Assembly: GCA_965652295.1 (NCBI GenBank)
Contig: CBFGTS010000006.1
Span: 96,001 to 160,000, forward strand
Reading direction: 5' to 3'
DNA: 64,000 bases
DNA from: an uncultured Haloferula sp.
Lineage (GTDB): Bacteria > Verrucomicrobiota > Verrucomicrobiia > Verrucomicrobiales > Akkermansiaceae
Position 1 is the first letter of the stretch; each line of letters starts with the position of its first letter. The notes under the pieces are model-generated. The model did not search any database, was not told the origin of the DNA, and saw only the letters and a program-made list of their open reading frames with translations. A program made the translations under genes and the position numbers. Below are positions 1 through 8,819 of this stretch, piece by piece.

Positions 1-104
1 CAGCATCGGCGGCGGCTGATCCATACCCCCCATGAAAGCGATTCCTCCCCCGTCCATCCAGCCTTGTCTCGCCCCGTCGGAGCGATTAACAAGCTCCCGC
101 GCAA

Positions 105-181
105 GCGCCCGTAGCTCAGTTGGATAGAGCACCCGCCTTCTAAGCGGATGGTCGCTGGTTCGAATCCAGCCGGGCGCGCCA
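105..181 (+). tRNA. tRNA-Arg (anticodon TCT)
   Basis: GCGCCCG acceptor stem pairs with CGGGCGC, followed by encoded GCCA. D-arm GCTCAGTTGGATAGAGC, anticodon loop CTTCTAA, T-arm GGTTCGAATCC; 77 nt. Confidence 0.97.
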
Positions 182-198
182 TTCCCTCCTCCAAAGAC

Positions 199-233
199 AA
201 AAACCCCGCCCGGGATGCGCTCCGGACGGGGTT
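199..233 (-). terminator. Intrinsic terminator of the outer-membrane protein gene
   Basis: Hairpin AACCCCG-CCCGGGA...TCCGGA-CGGGGTT. The A-run on + reads as a U-tail on -, about 20 nt past the stop at 255. Confidence 0.75.
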
Positions 234-254
234 GGATTTGAGCTAGGCAGGAAA

Positions 255-1217
255 TCAGAATTTCCAGACGAGGTCCACGGTCCAGCGGTCGTCGATGACG
301 CTGTCGTTCTCGTCGGTCAGCGGGATTTCATAGGCGAAGCCCACGTCCACCGAATCGGTGACGCGCGAGCGGAAGCCGACGGCGGCGGTGACCAGATCGC
401 GGTTCTGGGTCGCGTTGGCGGCACCGAAGTTCAGCAGGTCGTTGCCCTCGAAGGTCGCCACTACCGGCGTGAGGCCGATCGCCTGGCTGAAGTAGTTCGG
501 GCGGCCGTTGCCGGCGGAGAGCACGTGATGCCAGTTCATTTCCACCAGCGGGATGAACCACGGCAGGACCTCGTAGCTGGCGTGGGCGCTGACGAAGGAA
601 TTCGTCGCCTGCTGGCCGTCGAAGGGAAGGCGCACGCCGCCGGCGCCGGCGATTTGCAGTTTGTCCCACATCTTCACCGTGGAAAGGATCAGGTTCAGGG
701 CTCCGTTGCCCTCGCCCTGATAGACGTCGTGGTTGCCGGTGGGGAACTCATAGGTCGCCGTGCCGCTCATCGCGAAGGAGTTCGCCGGATCGTAGATGAA
801 GGCGTATTTCAGACCGGCGGCGATGTTGGCGAAACCACTCTGCTGCGTCCACAGGGACGGCTGGTCCGGCTTGAAACGCACGTAGCCGTCCTTGGTGGCC
901 ACCAGCGAAAGGCGCTCGCTGAAGGCAACCTCGAACTGGAGCGCATAGACTTCCACGTGACCGCCCATCGCCAGCGGACCGACGATCGTGTTCACCGACG
1001 ACGGCAGGTTGTGATACATCACGATCGGATGGAGGTTCGTGCCCGGCAGCGCCAGGTCGAACAGGGTCGGGTTCGTCACTGGCTTGCGCGCGCCTTCGAA
1101 ACCGCCGGAAGTGGTGGTTTCGATGATTCCCGGCTCGACGGCAACGGTTCCCGCCAAGGCAGTGGCCGCGCAGGCACCGAGCAGGGCGGTGACCGTGGAA
1201 GAGATGGATTTTCTCAT
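255..1217 (-). CDS. Putative outer-membrane beta-barrel protein / transporter
   Basis: Signal peptide MRKSISSTVTALLGACAATALA, alternating amphipathic strands, C-terminal WTVDLVWKF with terminal Phe. Start trimmed to the ATG at 1217. Confidence 0.7.
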   Translation of the reverse strand: MRKSISSTVTALLGACAATALAGTVAVEPGIIETTTSGGFEGARKPVTNPTLFDLALPGTNLHPIVMYHNLPSSVNTIVGPLAMGGHVEVYALQFEVAFSERLSLVATKDGYVRFKPDQPSLWTQQSGFANIAAGLKYAFIYDPANSFAMSGTATYEFPTGNHDVYQGEGNGALNLILSTVKMWDKLQIAGAGGVRLPFDGQQATNSFVSAHASYEVLPWFIPLVEMNWHHVLSAGNGRPNYFSQAIGLTPVVATFEGNDLLNFGAANATQNRDLVTAAVGFRSRVTDSVDVGFAYEIPLTDENDSVIDDRWTVDLVWKF

Positions 1218-1416
1218 GGTGGTTGGTGGATTTCGGTTGGTTGACTCCGGTCCTGCCGGATGCCGGAGAGACTTCCCCCGAACTCCACCCACCTGCTAGT
1301 CACCCACCGCCCCAAGCTGCGCATTTCTTGCTCACGGGAAACCTGCGGCCATGAGGCAACCGCGAACGGACGCCAATCGGCGCGAATTCCTGACGAAGGT
1401 CATGAAGATGGCCAAA

Positions 1417-1512
1417 GGTAGGGCGGACCAGGTAGGGCGGACCGGCCCGGTCCGCCGAAGAATCCCGCCGGTGGCGGTGAAATCGGCGCGGCGGCCCGCC
1501 GCGCCCTACCGG
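1417..1512. repeat. GTAG-type REP doublet plus a partial extra copy
   Basis: GTAGGGCGGACCGGCCCGGTCCGCC (1432-1456) and an inverted partner at 1481-1510; partial GGTAGGGCGGACC at 1417-1429. Reverse-complement match to the units at 27419-27595. Confidence 0.85.
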
Positions 1513-1525
1513 CCTCAGGAGGCTC

Positions 1526-2317
1526 TCAAAGCTTCGCCGCCTGCCAAGCCGCCTCCATTTCCGCGAGATCGGCCTCTTCCAAAGCCACGCCCTGTTCTTT
1601 CAACGCGGCCTCCATCGCGGCGAAGCGTTGCTCGAACTTCCCGTTCGCCGCCGCCATCACCACCTCCGGATCGAGCCCGCGGAACCGGACGAGATTCACC
1701 ACGGAAAACAGCAGATCGCCCAGCTCTTCGGCCGCCGCCTCGGCGTCGGGCGCGTCGGAGAATTCCTCGATCTCCTCCCGGATCTTGTCCACCACGCCCG
1801 CCTCATCCGGCCAGTCGAAGCCGACCTTCGCCGCCTTCTTCTGGAGCTTGGCCGCGCGCAGCAACGCCGGCAGACCCTTGCCCACGCCGTGGAGATAGGG
1901 CTCCGCGCCCTCACCCTTTTCCGCGCGCTTGATGGCATCCCACTGCTGAAGTACGCCATCCGTCGTAGAAACGGCGCTTTGCCCGAAGACGTGCGGATGC
2001 CGCCGGACGAGCTTTTCGGAAATACCGCGGGCCACGTCGTCGAGATCGAAGCCGCCGTCCTCCGCCGCCAGCTCGCTGTGGAAGACGACTTGCAGAAGCA
2101 GATCGCCGAGTTCCTCCTTCAGGTGCTCGCGGTCGCCGCGGCGGATCGTGTCGACGGTTTCGTAGGCTTCCTCGATCAGGTTCGGGATCAGGCTTTCGTG
2201 CGTCTGCTCCGCATCCCACGGGCATCCGCCGGGGGCGCGCAGGCGGTGCATGATGGCCCGCAGGCGGTCCAGCTGCCGCTCCTTTTCCCGGCAGTCGATC
2301 ATTTCGGCGTCGTTCAT
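1526..2317 (-). CDS. mazG: Nucleoside triphosphate pyrophosphohydrolase MazG
   Basis: GGCPWDAEQTHESL, EEAYE, EELGDLLLQVVFH, RRHPHVF, and a second EELGDLLF domain. Confidence 0.95.
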   Translation of the reverse strand: MNDAEMIDCREKERQLDRLRAIMHRLRAPGGCPWDAEQTHESLIPNLIEEAYETVDTIRRGDREHLKEELGDLLLQVVFHSELAAEDGGFDLDDVARGISEKLVRRHPHVFGQSAVSTTDGVLQQWDAIKRAEKGEGAEPYLHGVGKGLPALLRAAKLQKKAAKVGFDWPDEAGVVDKIREEIEEFSDAPDAEAAAEELGDLLFSVVNLVRFRGLDPEVVMAAANGKFEQRFAAMEAALKEQGVALEEADLAEMEAAWQAAKL

Positions 2318-3210
2318 GAATGGCGGTTGGCGGCTTCGTTGAGGATCCGGCGTTCCTCCCCGGTCAGACTGTCGAGCCCCTCACGGGACACCTTTTCGAG
2401 GATGCGATCGACCTCGCTTTCCTCCTTGAGGTCGATCTCGGTGCGCGGCCGGATTTTTCCTCCGACCCGACGCCGGAATTCCCGCGGTCGGATGACCTTG
2501 CGGGAATGCCCCGAGCCTTTGCCGAGGATGCCCGGAAACCGCATCAGGAGCAGGCCCATCAAGCCCCCCCCCAGGTGCCCCGCCTCACCGCCACTGTTCG
2601 CGAACAAGGGGAAGCGGGGAAAGATCACGCCACCGAGAATGGTCAGCATCGCCAGCCCCGCGAAGATCAACGCCAGCTGCCGCATCGTCAGGGTCACCGG
2701 CGGAAAGACGAGCATCACGCGCGCCGCCGGTGCCAGCCGGTAGATCGCGAACAGCAGGCCGAAGACCCCGGCGCTGGCACCGACCAGATTCGAGAGCCCG
2801 ACATCGGCATTCGGCAGCAGCCCGATGGCCAGCAGCAGGGTGAAGAACAATGCTCCGCCAACCCCGCAGAGGAGGTAGTAACCGAGGAACCTGCGGCTGC
2901 CCCACCAGCGCTCCACCCAGGGAGCGAAGAAGTAGACGCCGACCATGTTGAAGAACACGTGGCCCAACGAATCGTGGAGGAACTGGAAGGTAATCAGCCG
3001 CCAGACCTCGCCGCCCAACAAGCCGTGCATGACGTTGAAGGCACCGAGACGTTCAAACGGAGGGCGTTCGAACGAATTACCCTGCCCCCGGTTGGCGATA
3101 TCCAGGATGAATACCGCGATGTTGACGATCAGCAGCGCCTTCGTCACCGGCGGCAGCGGCGGCTTTCCTGACACGGGCCTTCTTTCGTAGTCGCGCTCGG
3201 CAAATCCCAT
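2314..3210 (-). CDS. Rhomboid family intramembrane serine protease
   Basis: WRLITFQFLH, HVFFNM, GASAG (catalytic Ser), GHLGG (catalytic His), C-terminal VDRILEKVSREGLDSLT domain. 4-nt overlap with mazG. Confidence 0.92.
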   Translation of the reverse strand: MGFAERDYERRPVSGKPPLPPVTKALLIVNIAVFILDIANRGQGNSFERPPFERLGAFNVMHGLLGGEVWRLITFQFLHDSLGHVFFNMVGVYFFAPWVERWWGSRRFLGYYLLCGVGGALFFTLLLAIGLLPNADVGLSNLVGASAGVFGLLFAIYRLAPAARVMLVFPPVTLTMRQLALIFAGLAMLTILGGVIFPRFPLFANSGGEAGHLGGGLMGLLLMRFPGILGKGSGHSRKVIRPREFRRRVGGKIRPRTEIDLKEESEVDRILEKVSREGLDSLTGEERRILNEAANRHS

Positions 3211-3384
3211 CGGCGGGACCTTGGCACGGGCCCTTCCGACCGGCAAGGCACCTTGAAGGGAGGAGAGCATCCTCCTCCGCCGCCAGGCATCAAGTGACTG
3301 ATTCGTCCCATGCGGATTCTTCCGCACTCCGGCGAAATGGCATGAATGGAAAGCGGGAGGCGGAATTCGAGGCTTTCCGAAACA

Positions 3385-3400
3385 TGGCACCTCGTTTGCT
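3385..3400 (+). promoter_or_regulatory. Sigma54 -24/-12 promoter motif
   Basis: TGGCACCTCGTTTGCT matches TGGCAC-N5-TTGCW and lies 31 nt before the ATG at 3432. Confidence 0.75.
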
Positions 3401-3431
3401 AACGGCTCCCGTCACCACACCCTCGAAACGT

Positions 3432-3815
3432 ATGATTCAGATTCAGTCCAACCACGCACCCGACGCCCGCCCGATCGAGTCCGAACTCGAACTCGGCGGC
3501 GTCTGGGATCCGACGGCCGTTGCGGACTTGATTCGATCCAAGTCCACCGCCAACGAGACCCCCTGCTTCCTGTTCCTCGGGAAGAAGGAGGCCGGGCTGC
3601 TGCGGCAGCATCTCGGGGCGATCTTCGGCGACGAAAACGTCCCTTGTCTCAAAGACACCTACTACATGGGCCTCGAAGTCATCGAGATCGCCTGCGAATC
3701 CTTTCTCCTCACCAGCGGCCGCAAGACCAGCCGCACTCTCCAGGACCCGATTTCCCGCCGGCCGGCATGGCGCGATGCTTCATCCGACGCCGTCTGGCAT
3801 CTCCGGCTCCACTGA
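3432..3815 (+). CDS. Hypothetical protein (127 aa)
   Basis: Globular-looking ORF with GC-rich third codon positions. Start chosen downstream of the sigma54 motif. No family recognised. Confidence 0.7.
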   Translation: MIQIQSNHAPDARPIESELELGGVWDPTAVADLIRSKSTANETPCFLFLGKKEAGLLRQHLGAIFGDENVPCLKDTYYMGLEVIEIACESFLLTSGRKTSRTLQDPISRRPAWRDASSDAVWHLRLH

Positions 3816-3963
3816 TCCGGGGGAGGAAACATTATCGGGCGGCTCGCGCCCCATCCCGTGAAGTCCCACGCGGGTGAGGGGCGGGCGGCCCCCCTTTTCC
3901 AGGGCTGGCATTCCCAGGGCGAATCCAGACAGGAATCGAGCATACCGGCAAACAGCTGAAGTG

Positions 3964-4127
3964 AACCGCGGATGAACGCAGATAAACGCAGATTTCCTGA
4001 GGATCGACTCTGAACGCCGAGAGAAACGGACGGCCTCCGGACCGATCAGGACGGATTCCGACCTTCTCCGATTCAAATTGACCGCACCTTCCTCCACATC
4101 TGCGTCCATCCCCGTTTATCTGCGGTT
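3964..4127. repeat. Inverted-repeat element built from 10-nt units
   Basis: Left arm AACCGCGGATGAACGCAGATAAACGCAGAT (3964-3993); right arm ATCTGCGTCCATCCCCGTTTATCTGCGGTT (4098-4127). 24/30 complementary. Confidence 0.75.
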
Positions 4128-4213
4128 GGATTTTCCTGGCTTGATCACCCTGCGGGCATTCCAAGCATTCGATGCTTTGATCCATCGCGCATTGCGGCTG
4201 GGATAGCGCCTCC

Positions 4214-5548
4214 ATGAAGCGCCTCGCCCTCCATTGGCAAATCCTCGCCGCCCTGCTGCTTGCCACCGCCACCGGCATGATCTTCCGCGCGCTCTTCGGC
4301 AGCGAGCCGGATGTCTATCCTTTCTGTGCGAAGGCCCTCGGTGCCTCGAAGTTCATCGGCGATCTCTTCATGCAGGCGCTGAAGATGATCATCGTGCCCC
4401 TGATCGTCACCTCGGTGATCAGCGGCATCGCCAGTCTCCAGGGCGTCAAGGGCTTCGGCCGCCTCGGCGGGAAAACCCTCGCCTTCTACGCCCTTACCAC
4501 CCTGCTCGCCGTGCTCACCGGCTTGACGCTCGTGAACCTGATCCGCCCCGGCATCAAGGACGGTGCGCCGAATGTGGAGATCCGCGCCGCCTTCGAGGAC
4601 CGTGCCGCCAGCGCCTCGCCGGAGGAGCAGGCGCGCGTCGCCGAGGCCGCCAGCCGCGAGGCCGGGGATTTCCTCGAAACCTTCCGGATGATGGTCCCGC
4701 CCAACGTCTTCGAGGCCGCCACCGACAACGGCCAGATGCTCGGCGTCATCGTCTTCAGCATCCTTTTCGCCATCGCCATCACCCGCCTGCCGGTGGATGA
4801 AATGCGTACCCTCCGCGAGTTCTTCCAGGCCGGGAACGACGTGATGATCACCGTCACGCGCTGGATCATGGCCATTTCCCCAATCGGCGTGTATGCGCTG
4901 ATGTTCCCGGTGATCTATGCGAACGGCCCTGAGGTCTTTTGGGAAATGAAGGCCTACTTCATCACCGTCCTGCTGGCGCTGGGGCTTCATCTCTGCCTCA
5001 CTCTTCCGCTCATCCTCCATTTCCTCGGAAAGATCCATCCGCTCGACCACTTCCGCGCGATGCGTGACGCCCTGCTGCTCGCCTTTTCCACCGCCTCCTC
5101 CTCCGGCACTCTGCCCGTGACGATGCGCTGTGTGCAGGACAAAGCCGGCGTTTCCAAGCGCACCTCGTCGTTCACCCTGCCGCTCGGAGCCACTGTGAAC
5201 ATGGACGGCACCGCGCTTTACGAATGCGTCGCGGTCGTCTTCGTCGCGCAGGTGATGGGCATCGAAATGGGTTTCGGGCAGCAGTTCTTCGTCGTCACCG
5301 CCGCCCTGCTGACCAGCATCGGCGTCGCCGGCGTGCCCTCCGCCAGCCTCGTCGCCATCCTGTTGATCTTGAAAAACAGCCAGGTTCCCGGCGCGGAAAC
5401 GGCGGTGGTCGCCCTGCTCGCCGTCGATCGCCTGCTCGACATGTCCCGCACCGCCGTCAACGTCTTCGGCGATTCCTGCGCCGCCGTCGTCATCGCCAGA
5501 AGCGAGGGCGAGGATGTCTATGCGGCCGAACCGGCTACCTCACTTTGA
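4214..5548 (+). CDS. Dicarboxylate/amino acid:cation symporter (GltP/DAACS family)
   Basis: AFSTASSSGTLP, LPLGATVNMDGTALY, DRLLDMSRTAVNVFGD. Confidence 0.95.
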   Translation: MKRLALHWQILAALLLATATGMIFRALFGSEPDVYPFCAKALGASKFIGDLFMQALKMIIVPLIVTSVISGIASLQGVKGFGRLGGKTLAFYALTTLLAVLTGLTLVNLIRPGIKDGAPNVEIRAAFEDRAASASPEEQARVAEAASREAGDFLETFRMMVPPNVFEAATDNGQMLGVIVFSILFAIAITRLPVDEMRTLREFFQAGNDVMITVTRWIMAISPIGVYALMFPVIYANGPEVFWEMKAYFITVLLALGLHLCLTLPLILHFLGKIHPLDHFRAMRDALLLAFSTASSSGTLPVTMRCVQDKAGVSKRTSSFTLPLGATVNMDGTALYECVAVVFVAQVMGIEMGFGQQFFVVTAALLTSIGVAGVPSASLVAILLILKNSQVPGAETAVVALLAVDRLLDMSRTAVNVFGDSCAAVVIARSEGEDVYAAEPATSL

Positions 5549-5566
5549 GTGGGTGGAGAGGCGACC

Positions 5567-5595
5567 TTGACCCGTTTCCGGGACAGCCGTATCCT
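5567..5595 (+). promoter_or_regulatory. Sigma70-type promoter of the small gene/NTase pair
   Basis: TTGACC-17 nt-TATCCT, 13 nt upstream of the ATG at 5609. Confidence 0.7.
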
Positions 5596-5608
5596 CCCGA
5601 CATTGATC

Positions 5609-5797
5609 ATGAATTCTCCCGAACACTTCGATCCCAAGAAGCGCGCCGCCGCCAAGCAGGCTTCGCGTCGGGAGGATCGTGAGCGACTGGAGGCTGGCGA
5701 AAGCCCGGAGGTCCTCCAGCGGGAGAACTCGATTTTTCCAGAGGGCTTCTTTGAAAAAGGTCGGTTTCTGAACCTCGCGGAGGTGGTTGGAAAGTGA
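5609..5797 (+). CDS. Small hypothetical protein (62 aa), possible antitoxin-like partner
   Basis: MNSPEHFDPKKRAAAKQASRREDRERL...; its stop overlaps the GTG start of the next gene (GTGA). Confidence 0.65.
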   Translation: MNSPEHFDPKKRAAAKQASRREDRERLEAGESPEVLQRENSIFPEGFFEKGRFLNLAEVVGK

Positions 5798-6515
5798 GCG
5801 ACCAAGAGGCCGATGTAGGAGCATACGTCGGCTTCCTCCGGAGCCTTAACGAGCAATGTGAAACTCAGTTCCTTATTGGCGGGCAAGCCGTCAATTTCTG
5901 GGCAGAGATCGTGTCCCGCCGCAACGGAAAGGGCGGACTTCTTAACTTCCAGCCTTTCACCTCAAAGGACTGTGATATCTGGGTCGATTCCCAGTCTTGG
6001 CAGTTCGTCCGTGAATGCTTCTCCGACCGCCTTCAAGAGGGACCTCACCTGCGGACGGGCAGCTTGGGATTCTCACGCTCAGCGCATCTCCCCCTCGCAT
6101 GGTCGATTTTCTTCCCGCCATCTTCGGTATCCGTCAGCATGATCTTGATCGGATTGCGCGACGCGCCCCTAATTTCCACGGGATTCGGGTGATGGATCCG
6201 ATTTACCTTTTTTTGAGCAAATGTCATTGCTTCATCGGCCTCGACCAGGCCGGACGTCAGGATGAGCGGCACACCAGAATGTTGACGATCATCCTACCCG
6301 ACTATCTGGGCGAACTCATCCGGGACTCCGAAGCGAACCAAATCCCGGCACGCAATGTCGTGAAGGACATCAAACTTCTCCTCAAGCTTTGCCAGGCCCA
6401 AAAGCCAAGAGAAGCCTTGAAACGTCTGGAAATCACCCCGGATTCCCTCGTTCCTTGGAAACGTCTGGCCGAGTCCCCGCTGGAGCTGTTCCGAAAATTC
6501 AGCGGTCAAAGGTAG
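5794..6515 (+). pseudogene. Frameshifted nucleotidyltransferase-fold protein
   Basis: First frame has LIGGQAVNFWA...TSKDCD (GG/DxD NTase motif). It continues in another frame as GTSPADGQLGIL...MVDFL...MDPIYLFLSK...RQDERH. One extra G at about 6039-6041 (GAGGGACC) would join them. May be a sequencing indel. Confidence 0.75.
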
Positions 6516-6593
6516 CCCGGGAGCCCCACTTCAGTCCTCCTCTTCCCTCCCTCAGCGCTTGCCGCGGGGCCCCCGCGCCGGTAAATGCCCGCC

Positions 6594-7880
6594 ATGCACG
6601 GCTTCGCCTACAAGAACGGCTCGCTCCATTGCGAGGGCATCGACCTCGACTCCCTCGCCGCCGAACACGGCACCCCGCTCTATGTCTACTCCGCGGGCAC
6701 GATCCGCGACCACTTCACGCGGCTCGATCAGGCCATGGAAGGCGTCGACCACGAGGTCGCCTATGCCGTGAAGGCAAATTCGAACCTTTCCGTCCTGCGC
6801 CTGCTCGCCGGTCTCGGCGCGGGTTTCGACATCGTTTCCGGCGGCGAGCTTTTCCGCGTGATCCAGGCCGGCGGAGATCCCGCCAAGTGCACCTTCGCCG
6901 GCGTCGGCAAGACCCGTGAGGAAATCGAATACGCGCTGCGCCAAGGTATCTACTCGTTCAACGTCGAGAGCGAGGAAGAGCTGCGCTACATCGATCAGGT
7001 CGCCGGCGAACTCGGCCTCACCGCCCCCGCCGCCGTGCGCGTGAACCCGAACGTCGATGCCAAGACCCACAAGTATATCTCCACCGGCAAGTCGGAGAAC
7101 AAGTTCGGTGTGGATTTCGAGGCCATCGAGGACCTCTACGCCCGCGCCGCCAAGGAGTTGCCGAACGTTCGGCTACGCGGGCTGCAGATGCACATCGGCT
7201 CGCAGCTCACCTCCATCCAGCCCTTCATCGAGGCGGTGGAAAAGGTCACCCCGCTGGCCCTCGCGCTGAAGGAAAAGCACGGTATCGAGTTCTGGTCGAT
7301 CGGCGGCGGCATCGGCATCGTTTACCACGATTCGCTCGCCGCTGGCTCGGTCGATTGGTGGGACGCGAAGTCCGAGCAGGAGCGCCCGCTCACGCTCACC
7401 CAATACGGAGAGACACTTGTGCCCCGGCTCAAGGATCTCGGCCTCAAGATCCTGCTCGAGCCCGGCCGCGCGATCGTTGGCAATGCCGGCGTTCTCCTCA
7501 CCCGCTGCCTCTACGAAAAGCAGGGCACCGCGAAGACCTTCAAGATCGTCGATGCCGGCATGAACGACCTCATCCGTCCGGCGCTCTACGAAGGCCACCA
7601 CGAGATCGTGCCCGTCCGCGAGCCCGCGGAGGAAAGGAAGCTCGTCGATGTCGTCGGACCCATCTGCGAAAGCGGTGATTTCTTCTGCCAGAACCGCGAG
7701 CTCCCGGACTTCCAGCCCGGCGAGGTGATCGCCTTGATGTCCTCGGGGGCCTACGGCTTCGTCATGGCCTCGAATTACAACACCCGCCCGCTCCCCGCCG
7801 AGATCCTCGTCGAGGGAACTACGGCAAATGTCGTACGCAAGCGCCAGACCCTCGACGACCTCATCGCCGCGGAACTCTAA
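6594..7880 (+). CDS. lysA: Diaminopimelate decarboxylase
   Basis: YAVKAN (PLP Lys), HIGSQ, EPGR, GPICESGD, GAYGFVMASNYN. Confidence 0.97.
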   Translation: MHGFAYKNGSLHCEGIDLDSLAAEHGTPLYVYSAGTIRDHFTRLDQAMEGVDHEVAYAVKANSNLSVLRLLAGLGAGFDIVSGGELFRVIQAGGDPAKCTFAGVGKTREEIEYALRQGIYSFNVESEEELRYIDQVAGELGLTAPAAVRVNPNVDAKTHKYISTGKSENKFGVDFEAIEDLYARAAKELPNVRLRGLQMHIGSQLTSIQPFIEAVEKVTPLALALKEKHGIEFWSIGGGIGIVYHDSLAAGSVDWWDAKSEQERPLTLTQYGETLVPRLKDLGLKILLEPGRAIVGNAGVLLTRCLYEKQGTAKTFKIVDAGMNDLIRPALYEGHHEIVPVREPAEERKLVDVVGPICESGDFFCQNRELPDFQPGEVIALMSSGAYGFVMASNYNTRPLPAEILVEGTTANVVRKRQTLDDLIAAEL

Positions 7881-7948
7881 CCGAGGCAACCGTGGCTGCC
7901 CCGACTTGTCGGGGCAGGCCGTGGTGGCGGCTTCAAGCCGCCTTCCCC

Positions 7949-8818
7949 ATGCCGCCGCTCTTCCAGCTCCATCTGCTCGTCCTGCTGATCACCGCCACGG
8001 GGCTCCTCGGGCGGGTGATTTCCCTGCCGGCGGACAGCATCGTCGCGTGGCGGACCCTCATCGCCTCGGCGGGCGCACTGGCGATCGCCGGACTGATCCG
8101 TCGCCAACCCCTCTGGCCGGGATTCCGTCCGATGCTCGTCCTGCTCGGCGTCGGCGCGATCATGGGCCTGCACTGGCTCTGCTTTTTCGCCGCGATCAAG
8201 CTGGCCAACGTCTCGATCTGCCTCGCCGGGCTGGCGAGTCTCTCGCTCTTCACCGCCTTTTCCGAGCCGCTGCTCACCCGCAAACCCATCCGCCCCTACG
8301 AGGTGCTCCTCGGGCTTCTGGTGCTCGCGGGCATCCTGCTGATCGCCGGGGTTTCCCGCGGCTACCTTGCCGGACTGCTCGCCGCCCTCGCCGCCGCCTT
8401 GCTCGCCTCGATTTTCCCCGTCCTCAACCGCACCCTCGTCCACCGCGGAGCCGACCCGCAGGTCATGGTCGGCTGGGAAATGGCCGGGGCGCTGCTGGTC
8501 ACCCTCCCGGTCACCGGTTTCCGCGTCGCGAACGACCTCGGAGGCTTGATTCCCACCCCCGCCGACTGGCTGTGGCTGTTGATCCTCGCGCTCGCCTGCA
8601 CCGTCTTCGGTCACGCGTTTCACATCCACCTGCTGAAACGCATCACCGCCTACCAAGGCAACCTCGCCTTCAACTTCGAGCCGATCTATGGCATCCTCGC
8701 CGCCGGGCTCCTCTTCGGCGAATGGCACGAGCTGCACCCCGGCTTCTACGCCGGAGCGGCGACCATCATCGCCGCCAACCTCCTCCACCCATGGCTGGAG
8801 CGGAGAATCCGCGCCTGA
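7949..8818 (+). CDS. DMT/EamA family transporter
   Basis: About 10 hydrophobic segments in two repeats; LHWLCFFAAIK, NFEPIYGI. Confidence 0.88.
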   Translation: MPPLFQLHLLVLLITATGLLGRVISLPADSIVAWRTLIASAGALAIAGLIRRQPLWPGFRPMLVLLGVGAIMGLHWLCFFAAIKLANVSICLAGLASLSLFTAFSEPLLTRKPIRPYEVLLGLLVLAGILLIAGVSRGYLAGLLAALAAALLASIFPVLNRTLVHRGADPQVMVGWEMAGALLVTLPVTGFRVANDLGGLIPTPADWLWLLILALACTVFGHAFHIHLLKRITAYQGNLAFNFEPIYGILAAGLLFGEWHELHPGFYAGAATIIAANLLHPWLERRIRA

Positions 8819-8819
8819 G

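Noticed and set aside
105..260. tRNA as an integration site for an island
   Set aside because: No integrase was seen and no repeat of the tRNA 3' end was noticed in the window.
6030..6050. Programmed -1 frameshift in the NTase gene
   Set aside because: No X XXY YYZ slippery heptamer at the junction. A single-base deletion is the simpler explanation.
7895..7942. Palindromes CTGCCCCGACTTGTCGGGGCAG and GGCGGCTTCAAGCCGCC after lysA (similar short motifs at about 14258 and 29705)
   Set aside because: Possibly further REP-like or terminator hairpins, but too short and divergent to define a family from this window.
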